24,000 nt of DNA from Tepidibacter thalassicus DSM 15285 (GTDB lineage Bacteria > Bacillota > Clostridia > Peptostreptococcales > Peptostreptococcaceae). The notes below the pieces were generated by a model that saw only the letters and a program-made list of their open reading frames with translations, did no database searches and was not told the origin of the DNA. The first letter of the stretch is position 1. Each line of letters starts with the position of its first letter. The position numbers and the translations under genes were made by a program. Positions 1 to 8,003 of the stretch are shown piece after piece. The stretch is taken from NCBI RefSeq assembly GCF_900129915.1, contig NZ_FQXH01000022.1, forward strand, positions 1-24,000, in the 5' to 3' direction.

Positions 1-22
1 GTATAAAATTATTATGAGACAT
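1..22 (-). CDS. Probable 5' end of a leftward gene leaving the window (MSHNNFI...); product unknown
   Basis: Minus-strand ATG (complement of 20-22) preceded by AAAGGAG (complement of 32-38) at 9-nt spacing. Open to the window edge, but only 7 codons are visible. Confidence 0.35.
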
Positions 23-102
23 GAGAAATCACTCCTTTTATGATTTTTTTGTGGTGATTAAATTATAACTAAGTGATTCTCTCTTGTCTCGTTTTTTTAT
101 AC

Positions 103-134
103 AAAAAATTAGTGTTAGTTTTCACCAACACTAA
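103..134 (-). terminator. Hairpin plus T-run in minus orientation (TTAGTGTT 109-116 / AACACTAA 127-134, A6 at 103-108 on the + strand)
   Basis: 8-bp inverted repeat with a 10-nt loop, followed by TTTTTT when read on the minus strand. It lies upstream of the putative leftward gene start, so it could be a leader attenuator. Confidence 0.4.
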
Positions 135-154
135 ATATTATAGACCCTAATTTT

Positions 155-182
155 AAAGGTATAAGCTTGAGCTTATACCTTT
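155..182. other. Perfect 12-bp inverted repeat AAAGGTATAAGC-ttga-GCTTATACCTTT (hairpin or operator palindrome)
   Basis: Read directly from the sequence. It sits in the divergent intergenic region ~25 bp upstream of the -35 proposed for the ABC operon. Function unknown. Confidence 0.6.
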
Positions 183-207
183 AATTGTATAATTATGACA
201 AAAAAGG

Positions 208-236
208 TTTACATCTAGGATAATATGTGGTAATAT
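208..236 (+). promoter_or_regulatory. Sigma-A-type promoter for the ABC importer operon
   Basis: TTTACA (208-213), 17-nt spacer, TAATAT (231-236), with a TGn extended -10 at 228-230. Confidence 0.5.
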
Positions 237-266
237 TTAGCTGGGAAATAAATAACAAGGTATTAA

Positions 267-347
267 TCATGAAGGTTTTTATCTTGATGAATGTCAGCCA
301 TGAAGGCATTAAGTCTATTTAGAGACTGTGCTTTTGTGGCTTTTTTT
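267..347 (+). promoter_or_regulatory. 5' leader attenuator: small hairpin (267-274/283-290) plus a long imperfect terminator hairpin (296-341) with a T7 run (341-347)
   Basis: Segment 283-289 (CTTGATG) can pair with either 268-274 or 299-305, both CATGAAG. The outer terminator stem AGCCA/TGGCT and inner stem AGTCT/AGACT are followed by TTTTTTT. The structure lies between the promoter and the SD of the first gene. Confidence 0.5.
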
Positions 348-379
348 ATTAATTACAAAAGGGAAAGGGAGATGAACTT

Positions 380-1945
380 ATGAAAAAGAGATTTTTAGTT
401 TTAGTTCTTTCAATTGCGATGATTGTTGCATTAACTACAGGATGCAGTAGCACTAATAATAAAGCTGAAGAAAAAGAAGGAACTAAAGAAAAAACGTTAA
501 TTTATGGAAGTGCAGCAGATTATACGAGAATAAATCCTGCACTTGATGAGCATGCAGAAATACATAAATTGATATTTACAGGTCTTACAAAGCATAATGA
601 AAAAAATGAAGTAGTTCCGGATCTTGCTGAAAGCTGGAATTTTGATGAAAGTACTAATACATATACTTTTAAACTTAAAAAAGGGGTAAAATGGCATGAT
701 GGAAAGGAATTTACAGCTGATGATGTGAAATTTACAATAGAGGCTATTAAAGATCCTAAAAATAATTCGGAAATTGCTACAAACTACGAAGAGATAAAAG
801 ATGTAGAAGTAGTTGATAAATATACTGTAAAACTTCATTTAGATAAGCCGTGTGTACCTATACTTGATTATTTAAGTGTTGGAATGCTTCCAAAACATTT
901 ATTAGAAGGAAAGGATTTAAATAATGATTCATTTAATCAAAATCCAATAGGGACAGGACCTTATAAATTGGATAAATGGGAAATGGGACAATATATACAG
1001 TTAAAAGCAAATGAAGATTATTACAATGGAAAGCCGAAAATAGATAAAGTAGTATTTAAAATAATATTAGATGAAAAAACGAGAGCTATGCAGTTGAAAT
1101 CTGGAGAAATAGATTTAGCTCAGCTTGAACCAAAAGATATTAGTGTATTTGATGATGTAGAGGGAATAAAGTTGTACAAAGAAAAAACTGCAGATTACAG
1201 GGGAGTAATGTATAATTTTAGAAAAGATTTATTTAAAGATAAAGCTGTTATAAAAGCTTTAAGTTATGCAGTTAACAGACAAGAGATAGTTGATAGTGTG
1301 CTTAATGGAATGGGTAAAGTAGCTTATTCTCCACTTCAAATGGGACCTTACAATAATGAAAATGTTGAAAAGTATAAATTTAATATTGAAAAAGCAAAGC
1401 AAATATTAACTGAAGATGGATGGAAATTAGGAACTGATGGAATACTTGAGAAAAATGGTAAAAAGTTATCTTTTAAGTTGACGTGTTTTGAAGGGGATCC
1501 AGTCAGAATAAATATGGCTAATGTAGTAAGTCAGCAGTTTAAACAAATAGGAGTAGATGCTAAAGTAGATATACAATCTGAAATTGATTGGGATAATTTG
1601 GATGCTTTCTTAATAGGATGGGGTAGTCCATTTGATCCAGATGATCATACATATAAAGTATTTCACAGTTCTCAAATAGAAACTGGAATGAATTTAAATG
1701 CATATTCAAATTCAAAAGTTGATGAACTTTTATATAAAGCGAGAACTACACTTAAAGATGAAGAAAGAAAAGTATATTATATGGAATTTCAAAAAGAATT
1801 GGCGTTAGATCCTCCATTTACATTTTTAGCATATATAGATGCTGTATATGGAGCTAAAGAAAATATAGTTGGAATTAAAGATACTGTATTAGGTCATCAC
1901 GGTGTAGGTTTCTTATGGAATATAGAAGAGTGGGATATTCAATAA
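380..1945 (+). CDS. ABC transporter substrate-binding lipoprotein, family 5 (oligo/dipeptide/nickel/opine type)
   Basis: SD AAGGGAG 8 nt upstream. Lipoprotein signal with lipobox LTTG|C. The 521-aa length and sequence are typical of DppA/NikA/OppA-type SBPs, and two cognate permeases follow. Confidence 0.9.
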   Translation: MKKRFLVLVLSIAMIVALTTGCSSTNNKAEEKEGTKEKTLIYGSAADYTRINPALDEHAEIHKLIFTGLTKHNEKNEVVPDLAESWNFDESTNTYTFKLKKGVKWHDGKEFTADDVKFTIEAIKDPKNNSEIATNYEEIKDVEVVDKYTVKLHLDKPCVPILDYLSVGMLPKHLLEGKDLNNDSFNQNPIGTGPYKLDKWEMGQYIQLKANEDYYNGKPKIDKVVFKIILDEKTRAMQLKSGEIDLAQLEPKDISVFDDVEGIKLYKEKTADYRGVMYNFRKDLFKDKAVIKALSYAVNRQEIVDSVLNGMGKVAYSPLQMGPYNNENVEKYKFNIEKAKQILTEDGWKLGTDGILEKNGKKLSFKLTCFEGDPVRINMANVVSQQFKQIGVDAKVDIQSEIDWDNLDAFLIGWGSPFDPDDHTYKVFHSSQIETGMNLNAYSNSKVDELLYKARTTLKDEERKVYYMEFQKELALDPPFTFLAYIDAVYGAKENIVGIKDTVLGHHGVGFLWNIEEWDIQ

Positions 1946-2913
1946 TGAGTAGATTTATTGTAAAAAAAATTAAACAAACTGTAATAACAATTTTTATATT
2001 ATCCCTTGGAGTGTTTATGATTTCCCATTTAGCTCCAGGGGATCCTCTTGTTTCTGTATATGGAGATGGAGTTGAAAGGCTTTCAAGTGAAGCGAGAATG
2101 AATGTTATTAAAAATTTAGGTCTTGATAAGCCTTTAATTTACCAATATGCTATTTGGATTAAAAATGCTTTAAAAGGGGATTTAGGATATTCATATAAAT
2201 ATAAAATGCCTGTTAAAGATGTGATAAAAATTCATTTTTTTAATACATTTTGTTTAATGGGGTTTTCTATTTTATTTATATTATTATTATCTGTAAGTTT
2301 AGGATTAATTACTGCATTAAATGAAGGTAAATTATTGGATAGGATTATAACTAGATTTAGTACTCTGCTTTATTGTATACCTGGTTTTTGGATTAGTTTA
2401 ATTTTGATATTGGTATTTTGTACTAATCTAAAGATTTTTCCATCTTCTGGAGTATACGATATAGGAAAGGAAGATGATATTTTAAATAGGCTATATCATT
2501 TAATACTTCCGTTAACAGTTATAGTAATAGGACATTTAGGATATTATTCAAATTTTGTAAGAAATAAAATTTTAGAGGAATTAAAAGAGGATTATATAAT
2601 ACTTGCTAGAGCCAAGGGGCTTTCTAAATTTGAAATAATATTGAAACATCCTTTAAAAAAAGTGATGCCGTCAATTATTATATTAATGTCTTTATCTCTT
2701 AGTCATTTAATTGCGGGAGGTTTTGTAGTAGAGTATATATTTTCGTATTCTGGGATTGGAAAATTAGTGTTTGAATCTGCAAAATATCACGATTATCCAT
2801 TGCTTATGGGTACTGTAATTTTAACTGGAATTATAGTTGTATTGGGAAGTTTAATATCGGATATTCTTTCAAGTTTAATAGACCCAAGATTAAAAGAGAA
2901 GGGGATGGATTAA
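1945..2913 (+). CDS. ABC transporter permease (DppB/NikB/OppB-like)
   Basis: Multi-TM protein with the EAA-loop region YIILARAKGLSKFEIILKHPLKKVMPS. The ATG at 1945 overlaps the upstream stop (TAATG). The ORF-track start at 1915 is an in-frame upstream extension. Confidence 0.9.
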   Translation: MSRFIVKKIKQTVITIFILSLGVFMISHLAPGDPLVSVYGDGVERLSSEARMNVIKNLGLDKPLIYQYAIWIKNALKGDLGYSYKYKMPVKDVIKIHFFNTFCLMGFSILFILLLSVSLGLITALNEGKLLDRIITRFSTLLYCIPGFWISLILILVFCTNLKIFPSSGVYDIGKEDDILNRLYHLILPLTVIVIGHLGYYSNFVRNKILEELKEDYIILARAKGLSKFEIILKHPLKKVMPSIIILMSLSLSHLIAGGFVVEYIFSYSGIGKLVFESAKYHDYPLLMGTVILTGIIVVLGSLISDILSSLIDPRLKEKGMD

Positions 2914-2914
2914 A

Positions 2915-3805
2915 ATGGATTTTACTCCTATAGGTGTTTTGAGAGAAAATAAGAAAGAAGACAAAAAAATATGGTCTTTTAAAAAACTAAATTTAAAACA
3001 AAATATATTTATCTCTCCACTTGTTTTATTTATAATAACACTTTTATGTATATTAGCACCTTTAATTACTCATGTAGATCCAACGTATATGGAGTTGTCT
3101 AAGGTGTTTGTATCTCCATGTAGAGAAAATATATTTGGAACAGATCATCTAGGAAGAGATATATTTTCGAGAGTTTTATATGGAGGAAGAATATCTATTA
3201 CTATAGGAGTATTGTCTATGATTATATCTACAGTGTTTGGAGTAATTTATGGAAGTGTAAGTGGATATTTTGGAGGAATTATAGATGATTATATGATGAG
3301 ATTTATAGATATTATGATTAGTATTCCTTCGTTGCTTGTTATGACATTAATTCAATCTATACTTCAAAGTAATAAAGTAGGCAGTATAGTGCTTGTAATA
3401 GCTGTAACTAGTTGGATGAATATAGCTAAAATTGTGAGAAGTGAAGTGTTAGAATTAAAACAAAGAGAATTTGTACTTGCGTCTAAGGTTATGGGAGCTG
3501 ATTTTATTCATATAACAAAAAAACATCTTATACCTAATTTTATTCCAGCTATTATTTATATGTCTACTGTGAATTCTGCAAATGCAATTATGGCAGAAAC
3601 TACATTGAGTTTTTTAGGGTTAGGACTTCCGGTAGAAGTTCCTTCTTGGGGAAGTATGTTAATGGATGCGCAAAATAGTATTCTTTTAAATAAATGGTGG
3701 GTAGCGTTATTTCCTGGAGTGTTTATGGTAGCTACAATATTTGGTATAACGAATGTAGGAGAGTATATAAGAGTTAAAAATAATAAGAAATTTAATAATA
3801 TATAA
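2915..3805 (+). CDS. ABC transporter permease (DppC/NikC/OppC-like)
   Basis: Starts 2 nt after the previous stop. N-terminal OppC_N-like region, EAA-loop FVLASKVMGADFIHITKKHLIPNFIP, multiple TM segments. Confidence 0.9.
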   Translation: MDFTPIGVLRENKKEDKKIWSFKKLNLKQNIFISPLVLFIITLLCILAPLITHVDPTYMELSKVFVSPCRENIFGTDHLGRDIFSRVLYGGRISITIGVLSMIISTVFGVIYGSVSGYFGGIIDDYMMRFIDIMISIPSLLVMTLIQSILQSNKVGSIVLVIAVTSWMNIAKIVRSEVLELKQREFVLASKVMGADFIHITKKHLIPNFIPAIIYMSTVNSANAIMAETTLSFLGLGLPVEVPSWGSMLMDAQNSILLNKWWVALFPGVFMVATIFGITNVGEYIRVKNNKKFNNI

Positions 3806-3893
3806 AATATTAAAATCAGTATAAAACACTTGATTATTCTGAAAATATATGATATTATATTAACGAAAATAAAAATAATAATTTAAAATAAAG

Positions 3894-3946
3894 CCATGAA
3901 GGTTTTTGAGAATTGAATTCTCGATGCTTCATGGTTTATTTTATTT
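3894..3946 (+). terminator. Intrinsic terminator of the ABC operon
   Basis: CCATGAAG (3894-3901) pairs with CTTCATGG (3927-3934). A nested GAGAAT/ATTCTC stem lies inside, and the T-rich tail tttattttatttg follows. Confidence 0.7.
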
Positions 3947-4015
3947 GTAACCCCTTATCAGTATATTTATGATACCTCTAAAATATAGATTTTAAATAAA
4001 CTCATAATTCTCAAT

Positions 4016-4044
4016 GGCCCTCCAAAAATAGGGCTTATTTTTTT
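4016..4044 (+). terminator. Second plus-oriented terminator (GGCCCT/AGGGCT stem plus T-run), abutting the 3' end of the convergent gene
   Basis: GC-rich 5-6-bp stem (4016-4021 / 4030-4035) with an 8-nt loop, followed by tatttttttg. The T-tract is present only in the plus orientation. Confidence 0.5.
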
Positions 4045-4048
4045 GTAG

Positions 4049-4387
4049 TTATTTAGAGTTTAATTTTGACTCTATTGAATTGTTTATTTCTTCAAATACT
4101 CTATACATCATGTCGTTGAAATCTTTTGTCGATTTTAAAAATATATTTACTTCTTTTATTTGAGATAGATTTTGAAATTTTCTATTGAGTTCGTTAAGTT
4201 TAAATTGAATATCTTTTTGAGTTTTTTTTGAACTGTATATTTCCATTTGTTTTTTTCTAAAATCATCTACTTTTTTCTTTAAATCTTTATTTTTATCAAT
4301 AGCTGCTTTGGCTTTTTTTAGCTGTTTAAATTCACTTGTGTTTATAATAGAATCGATAAATTCTTTGGTTTTTATTTTCCCACTCAT
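4049..4387 (-). CDS. YlbF/YmcA (UPF0342, Com_YlbF)-like regulatory protein
   Basis: Small helical K/E/Q-rich protein whose pattern (IINTSEFKQLKKAKAAIDKNKDLKKKVDDFRKKQ...) is typical of the YlbF/YheA family. ATG at 4387 with AGGAG 8 nt upstream. The ORF-track start at 4396 is a GTG inside the SD. Confidence 0.6.
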   Translation of the reverse strand: MSGKIKTKEFIDSIINTSEFKQLKKAKAAIDKNKDLKKKVDDFRKKQMEIYSSKKTQKDIQFKLNELNRKFQNLSQIKEVNIFLKSTKDFNDMMYRVFEEINNSIESKLNSK

Positions 4388-4524
4388 TAAAAACACTCCT
4401 TTAAAATAATATACAATATTATATTCGAGAAAATTTTATATGTTACTGATTTTTATATTTTTTTCTTCTAATGTTAAGTAAGTGTTCATATAATTAATGT
4501 ATAAAGATTGGGAGGTGATACTGT

Positions 4525-4953
4525 TTGAATATCAAATGGAATACTAAAGCTGTGCTGTATAGTATAATAGCATTAATACTTGTAATTGGGGGATTTTTAG
4601 TAGTACCTAAATTTCTAGGAGAAAAAGGAGAACCTGTTGAATTTACGCTGGTTGAAAGAGATGAGATACCTGAAAAAATTTTAGATGTAATGCAAAAATA
4701 TGTGGATGAAGAAAGGGCATTAGCGTGTAAAATACAGGATAAAATATATGTAATAGCAACAAGAGGAGAGAGAAAAGATTATGGAGTAGAAATAGAAAAA
4801 ATAGAGATGGTAAAAGATGAAGATAAAGTTACAATGAAGGTTTATTCTGTCTATAAAAAACCTGAAAATTCTCATCCGTACATAGTCGTAGAAACTAACT
4901 TAAAAGAACTTCCTGATAGAGTAGAATTAATAAGTAGAGTTGAAGAAGAATAA
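4525..4953 (+). CDS. Small N-terminally membrane-anchored protein, possibly with a PrcB_C-like domain
   Basis: TTG start 6 nt after GGAGGTGA. One N-terminal TM helix (AVLYSIIALILVIGGFLVV). The C-terminal pattern ATRGERKDYGVEIEKIE...SHPYIVVE resembles PrcB C-terminal domain proteins as I remember them. Confidence 0.45.
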   Translation: MNIKWNTKAVLYSIIALILVIGGFLVVPKFLGEKGEPVEFTLVERDEIPEKILDVMQKYVDEERALACKIQDKIYVIATRGERKDYGVEIEKIEMVKDEDKVTMKVYSVYKKPENSHPYIVVETNLKELPDRVELISRVEEE

Positions 4954-4961
4954 CATAAAAG

Positions 4962-4990
4962 GCTGCTGATAAGATATGTCAGCAGCTTTT
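4962..4990 (+). terminator. Intrinsic terminator
   Basis: GCTGCTGA (4962-4969) pairs with TCAGCAGC (4979-4986); TTTT follows. Confidence 0.75.
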
Positions 4991-5062
4991 ATGTTTGGGT
5001 ATAAGGTTATTTTATATTTTTTTGGGTAAAATAAAATATAAAATAATTAAAGGGGGATAATT

Positions 5063-7414
5063 ATGGATTTTAAAGTTTCTATTGATAATTTGAAAAAAAG
5101 GTGTAATTTAGATAATTTTGACTTTAATACAACAGAAGATTTAAATCCGTTAAAAGGAATTATTGGACAAGAAAGAGCAGTTCATGCCATGGATTTTGGT
5201 CTTAAGATGAAAAAAAGGGGATACAACATATATGTTTCAGGACTTAGTGGAACAGGAAGAAGAAGTTATACTTATTCTTTAATTGAAAAAATAGCAAAGT
5301 ATAAAAGAGATAATAAAGATTTTGTATATGTGTATAATTTTAAAATTCCAAATGAGCCAATAGCTTTAGTGTTTGAAGCTGGAGATGGAAAAGAGTTTAA
5401 AAAAGATGTAGAAGAAATGGTGGAAAAGCTCAAGGGAGAAATTCCTAAGATCTTTGAATCAAAAGAATATGAGGAAAAAAATGCATATATAGTAGAACGA
5501 TATGAACAAATGACTCAAAGGGTAATAAAGGAATTAAATGAATTTGCAGAAAAGAGGGGATTTACTTTTCAAATAACTCAAAGAGGGTTAGTGAGTATTC
5601 CGCTAAAAGAAGATAATACTCCTATGCTTGATGAAGAATATAAAAATCTTTCATCTCAACAACTCAGTGATATAAGAGAAAAAGCAAATGAATTGAATAA
5701 GGATATAACTGATTATATAAATAAGATGAAGGGATTAGAAGAAGAGTTTAAAAATAAGTTATCTGATTTGGATAAACAAGTGGGGGAAGCTGTTGTAGAT
5801 TTTTATGTACAGTACTTGATAGATAAATATGGATATAATGAAAAAATATTAACTTATCTTCATGATATGAAAGAAGATATTGTTGAACATATATCTAAAT
5901 TTAAAAAAAATGAAAGTGAAGAAAAAAATATGTTCTCTTTTTTGCAAAAAGACGATAATAAATTTTTTTTAAGGTATAAAGTGAATTTGTTTATAGATAA
6001 TAGTGAATTAAAAGGGGCTAGTGTTGTAAATGAAACTAATCCTACTTATTATAATTTGACAGGAATGATAGAGTACAAAAATGAAATAGGTGTTCTTACT
6101 ACTAGTTTTTTAGAGATAAAGCCTGGAGCTATTCATAAAGCTAATGGAGGTTTTTTGATATTAAATGTTAATGACTTGTTTTCTCATCCATTTGCTTGGC
6201 AGGCTCTTAAAAGGACATTAAAAACAGGAAAAGTAACAATAGAAACATTAAATAAGCAATACGGTTATATAGTTACATCTTCATTAAAACCTGAACCTAT
6301 AGATATAGATGTAAAAGTTATATTAATAGGAGATAGTTATACTTATAATTTTTTGTATTCATTTGATGAAGATTTTAGAAAATTATTTAAGATAATGGCT
6401 GATTTTGATGTTGAAATAAATAGAGATGAAGAAAATTTGTATAAAATAGCTAGATTTATAGCAACTCATTGTGAAAAAGAAGGATTAAAGCATTTTGATA
6501 AAGGTGCAATTGAAAAAGTAATAGAGTACAGTTCTAGGATTTGCGAAAACAAAGAAAAATTGAGTGCTAGGTTTAATCAAATAGTTGATATATTATATGA
6601 AGCAGATGCATTGAGTGATGAAAATTCAAAATATGTAACAAGTGTAGATGTTCAAAAGGCGATAGAAGGAAAAAGATATAGGAATAATAAATATGAAGAG
6701 AAATTAAATGAAATGTTTAAGGATGGAACTTTAATTATTGATATAGAAGGAGAAAAAGTTGGACAAATAAATGGACTTGCTGTAATGGGAACTGGTGAAT
6801 ATTCATTTGGAAAGCCATCTAGAATAACGGCATCGACATATAAAGGAAAAAAAGGGATTATAAATATAGAAAGGGAGATAAAACAAAGTGGAAATATTCA
6901 CGATAAGGGAGTTTTGATATTAAGTGGGTATTTAGGTGAAAGATATGGTAAAGAAAGGGCTCTTTCTTTAAATACTTCTATAACTTTTGAACAAAATTAT
7001 TCTGGTGTAGATGGAGATAGTGCATCGAGCACGGAATTATATGCAATAATTTCGAGTATTGCCAATATTCCTATAAAGCAGTATATAGCAGTTACAGGTT
7101 CGGTAAGTCAAAAGGGAGAAATACAACCAATTGGTGGAGTTAATGAAAAAATAGAAGGATTTTTTGATGTTTGCAAATTAAAAGGGCTTACGGGAAAGCA
7201 AGGGGTTATGATTCCAAGTCAAAATGTGAAAAATTTGATGCTTAAAGATGAAGTTATTAAAGCTGTTGAGAAAGGTGAATTTCATATATATGCAATATCA
7301 CGAATAGAAGAAGGGCTTGAAATTTTAACAGGACTTTCCATAAGTGAGATTGATAAAAGGGTAAATGATTCTTTAGAAAAGTTAACTAAGGATGATGATA
7401 AGAAGGATAATTAA
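5063..7414 (+). CDS. Lon-like protease (COG1067-type: AAA-like N-domain plus S16 Lon proteolytic C-domain)
   Basis: 783 aa. P-loop-like GLSGTGRRS. C-terminal Lon protease motifs GVDGDSASSTELYAIISS (catalytic Ser) and GGVNEKIEGFF (catalytic Lys). SD GGGGGA upstream. Confidence 0.85.
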   Translation: MDFKVSIDNLKKRCNLDNFDFNTTEDLNPLKGIIGQERAVHAMDFGLKMKKRGYNIYVSGLSGTGRRSYTYSLIEKIAKYKRDNKDFVYVYNFKIPNEPIALVFEAGDGKEFKKDVEEMVEKLKGEIPKIFESKEYEEKNAYIVERYEQMTQRVIKELNEFAEKRGFTFQITQRGLVSIPLKEDNTPMLDEEYKNLSSQQLSDIREKANELNKDITDYINKMKGLEEEFKNKLSDLDKQVGEAVVDFYVQYLIDKYGYNEKILTYLHDMKEDIVEHISKFKKNESEEKNMFSFLQKDDNKFFLRYKVNLFIDNSELKGASVVNETNPTYYNLTGMIEYKNEIGVLTTSFLEIKPGAIHKANGGFLILNVNDLFSHPFAWQALKRTLKTGKVTIETLNKQYGYIVTSSLKPEPIDIDVKVILIGDSYTYNFLYSFDEDFRKLFKIMADFDVEINRDEENLYKIARFIATHCEKEGLKHFDKGAIEKVIEYSSRICENKEKLSARFNQIVDILYEADALSDENSKYVTSVDVQKAIEGKRYRNNKYEEKLNEMFKDGTLIIDIEGEKVGQINGLAVMGTGEYSFGKPSRITASTYKGKKGIINIEREIKQSGNIHDKGVLILSGYLGERYGKERALSLNTSITFEQNYSGVDGDSASSTELYAIISSIANIPIKQYIAVTGSVSQKGEIQPIGGVNEKIEGFFDVCKLKGLTGKQGVMIPSQNVKNLMLKDEVIKAVEKGEFHIYAISRIEEGLEILTGLSISEIDKRVNDSLEKLTKDDDKKDN

Positions 7415-7438
7415 GTTAAATCTTAATTATCCTTTTTT
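7403..7438. terminator. 13-bp hairpin spanning both convergent stop codons, with a T-run on the plus strand
   Basis: AAGGATAATTAAG (7403-7415) pairs with CTTAATTATCCTT (7422-7434); TTTTTT runs through 7438. The Lon-like stop is at 7412-7414 and the cyclo-ligase stop at 7416-7418. Confidence 0.6.
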
Positions 7439-8003
7439 CTGTTACTATGTAATTTAGTTTTGCATCATGTTCTTCTTTTGGTATATTATTAAATACTTGG
7501 AGTTCAAATGCTATTCCAATTGTTTTAGCATCTTTTCTTAAGGTTTTTAAAAATCTATCGTAGTATCCTCCTCCGTATCCTAATCTATAACCGTTTATAT
7601 CATAGGCAACTGCAGGAACTATAACAATATCTATTTCGTTGTTATTTACAGGTCTTATGTATTCTTGTTTTGGTTCTCTTATACCGTATGTTCCTATTTT
7701 TACTTCTTTTTGTATGTCTTTTATTTCGGATAATAAAAGTTTTTTTTCTGATACTACACTTATGGGAACGACGACTTTTTTTCCATTTGATATTAAATAA
7801 TTAATAATATCATCTGTTTTTACTTCATTATTGAAATCGAGGTATGCCATAATGGTATTGGCATTTTTTATTTCGTTTAATGATATTAGATTTTCGAATA
7901 TTTTTTTTGATTTTTTCAATATTAAATCGTTATTTTGTTCTTTTCTTATTTTTAGTACATTTTTCCTAAATTCTTTTTTCACTGTATTTATCTCCTTTCT
8001 CAT
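7416..8003 (-). CDS. 5-formyltetrahydrofolate cyclo-ligase (MTHFS)
   Basis: Family motifs GIREP and DIVIVPAVAYDINGYRLGYGGGYYDRFL. The real start may be the GTG at 7982, which has AAAGGAG 9 nt upstream; the ATG at 8003 lacks an SD. Confidence 0.85.
   Translation of the reverse strand: MRKEINTVKKEFRKNVLKIRKEQNNDLILKKSKKIFENLISLNEIKNANTIMAYLDFNNEVKTDDIINYLISNGKKVVVPISVVSEKKLLLSEIKDIQKEVKIGTYGIREPKQEYIRPVNNNEIDIVIVPAVAYDINGYRLGYGGGYYDRFLKTLRKDAKTIGIAFELQVFNNIPKEEHDAKLNYIVTEKRIIKI

Noticed and set aside
497-838. 113-aa minus-strand ORF inside the binding-protein gene
   Set aside because: It is antisense to a well-supported CDS. The low-complexity F/I/K/Y-rich translation is typical of AT-rich antisense frames, and there is no SD.
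3950-4046. Possible small RNA: a promoter-like TTGTAA-17-TATGAT (~3945-3973) followed by an orphan plus-strand terminator (4016-4044)
   Set aside because: Promoter-like hexamers are frequent by chance in DNA this AT-rich. The hairpin is more simply a fail-safe second terminator shielding the convergent ylbF-like gene from read-through. I have no conservation evidence.
5063-7414. Lon-like protease as a BREX BrxL-type or other phage-defence component
   Set aside because: No methyltransferase, PglZ/alkaline phosphatase, helicase or other defence genes are nearby. The neighbours are housekeeping genes, and the gene has its own terminator-bounded unit.
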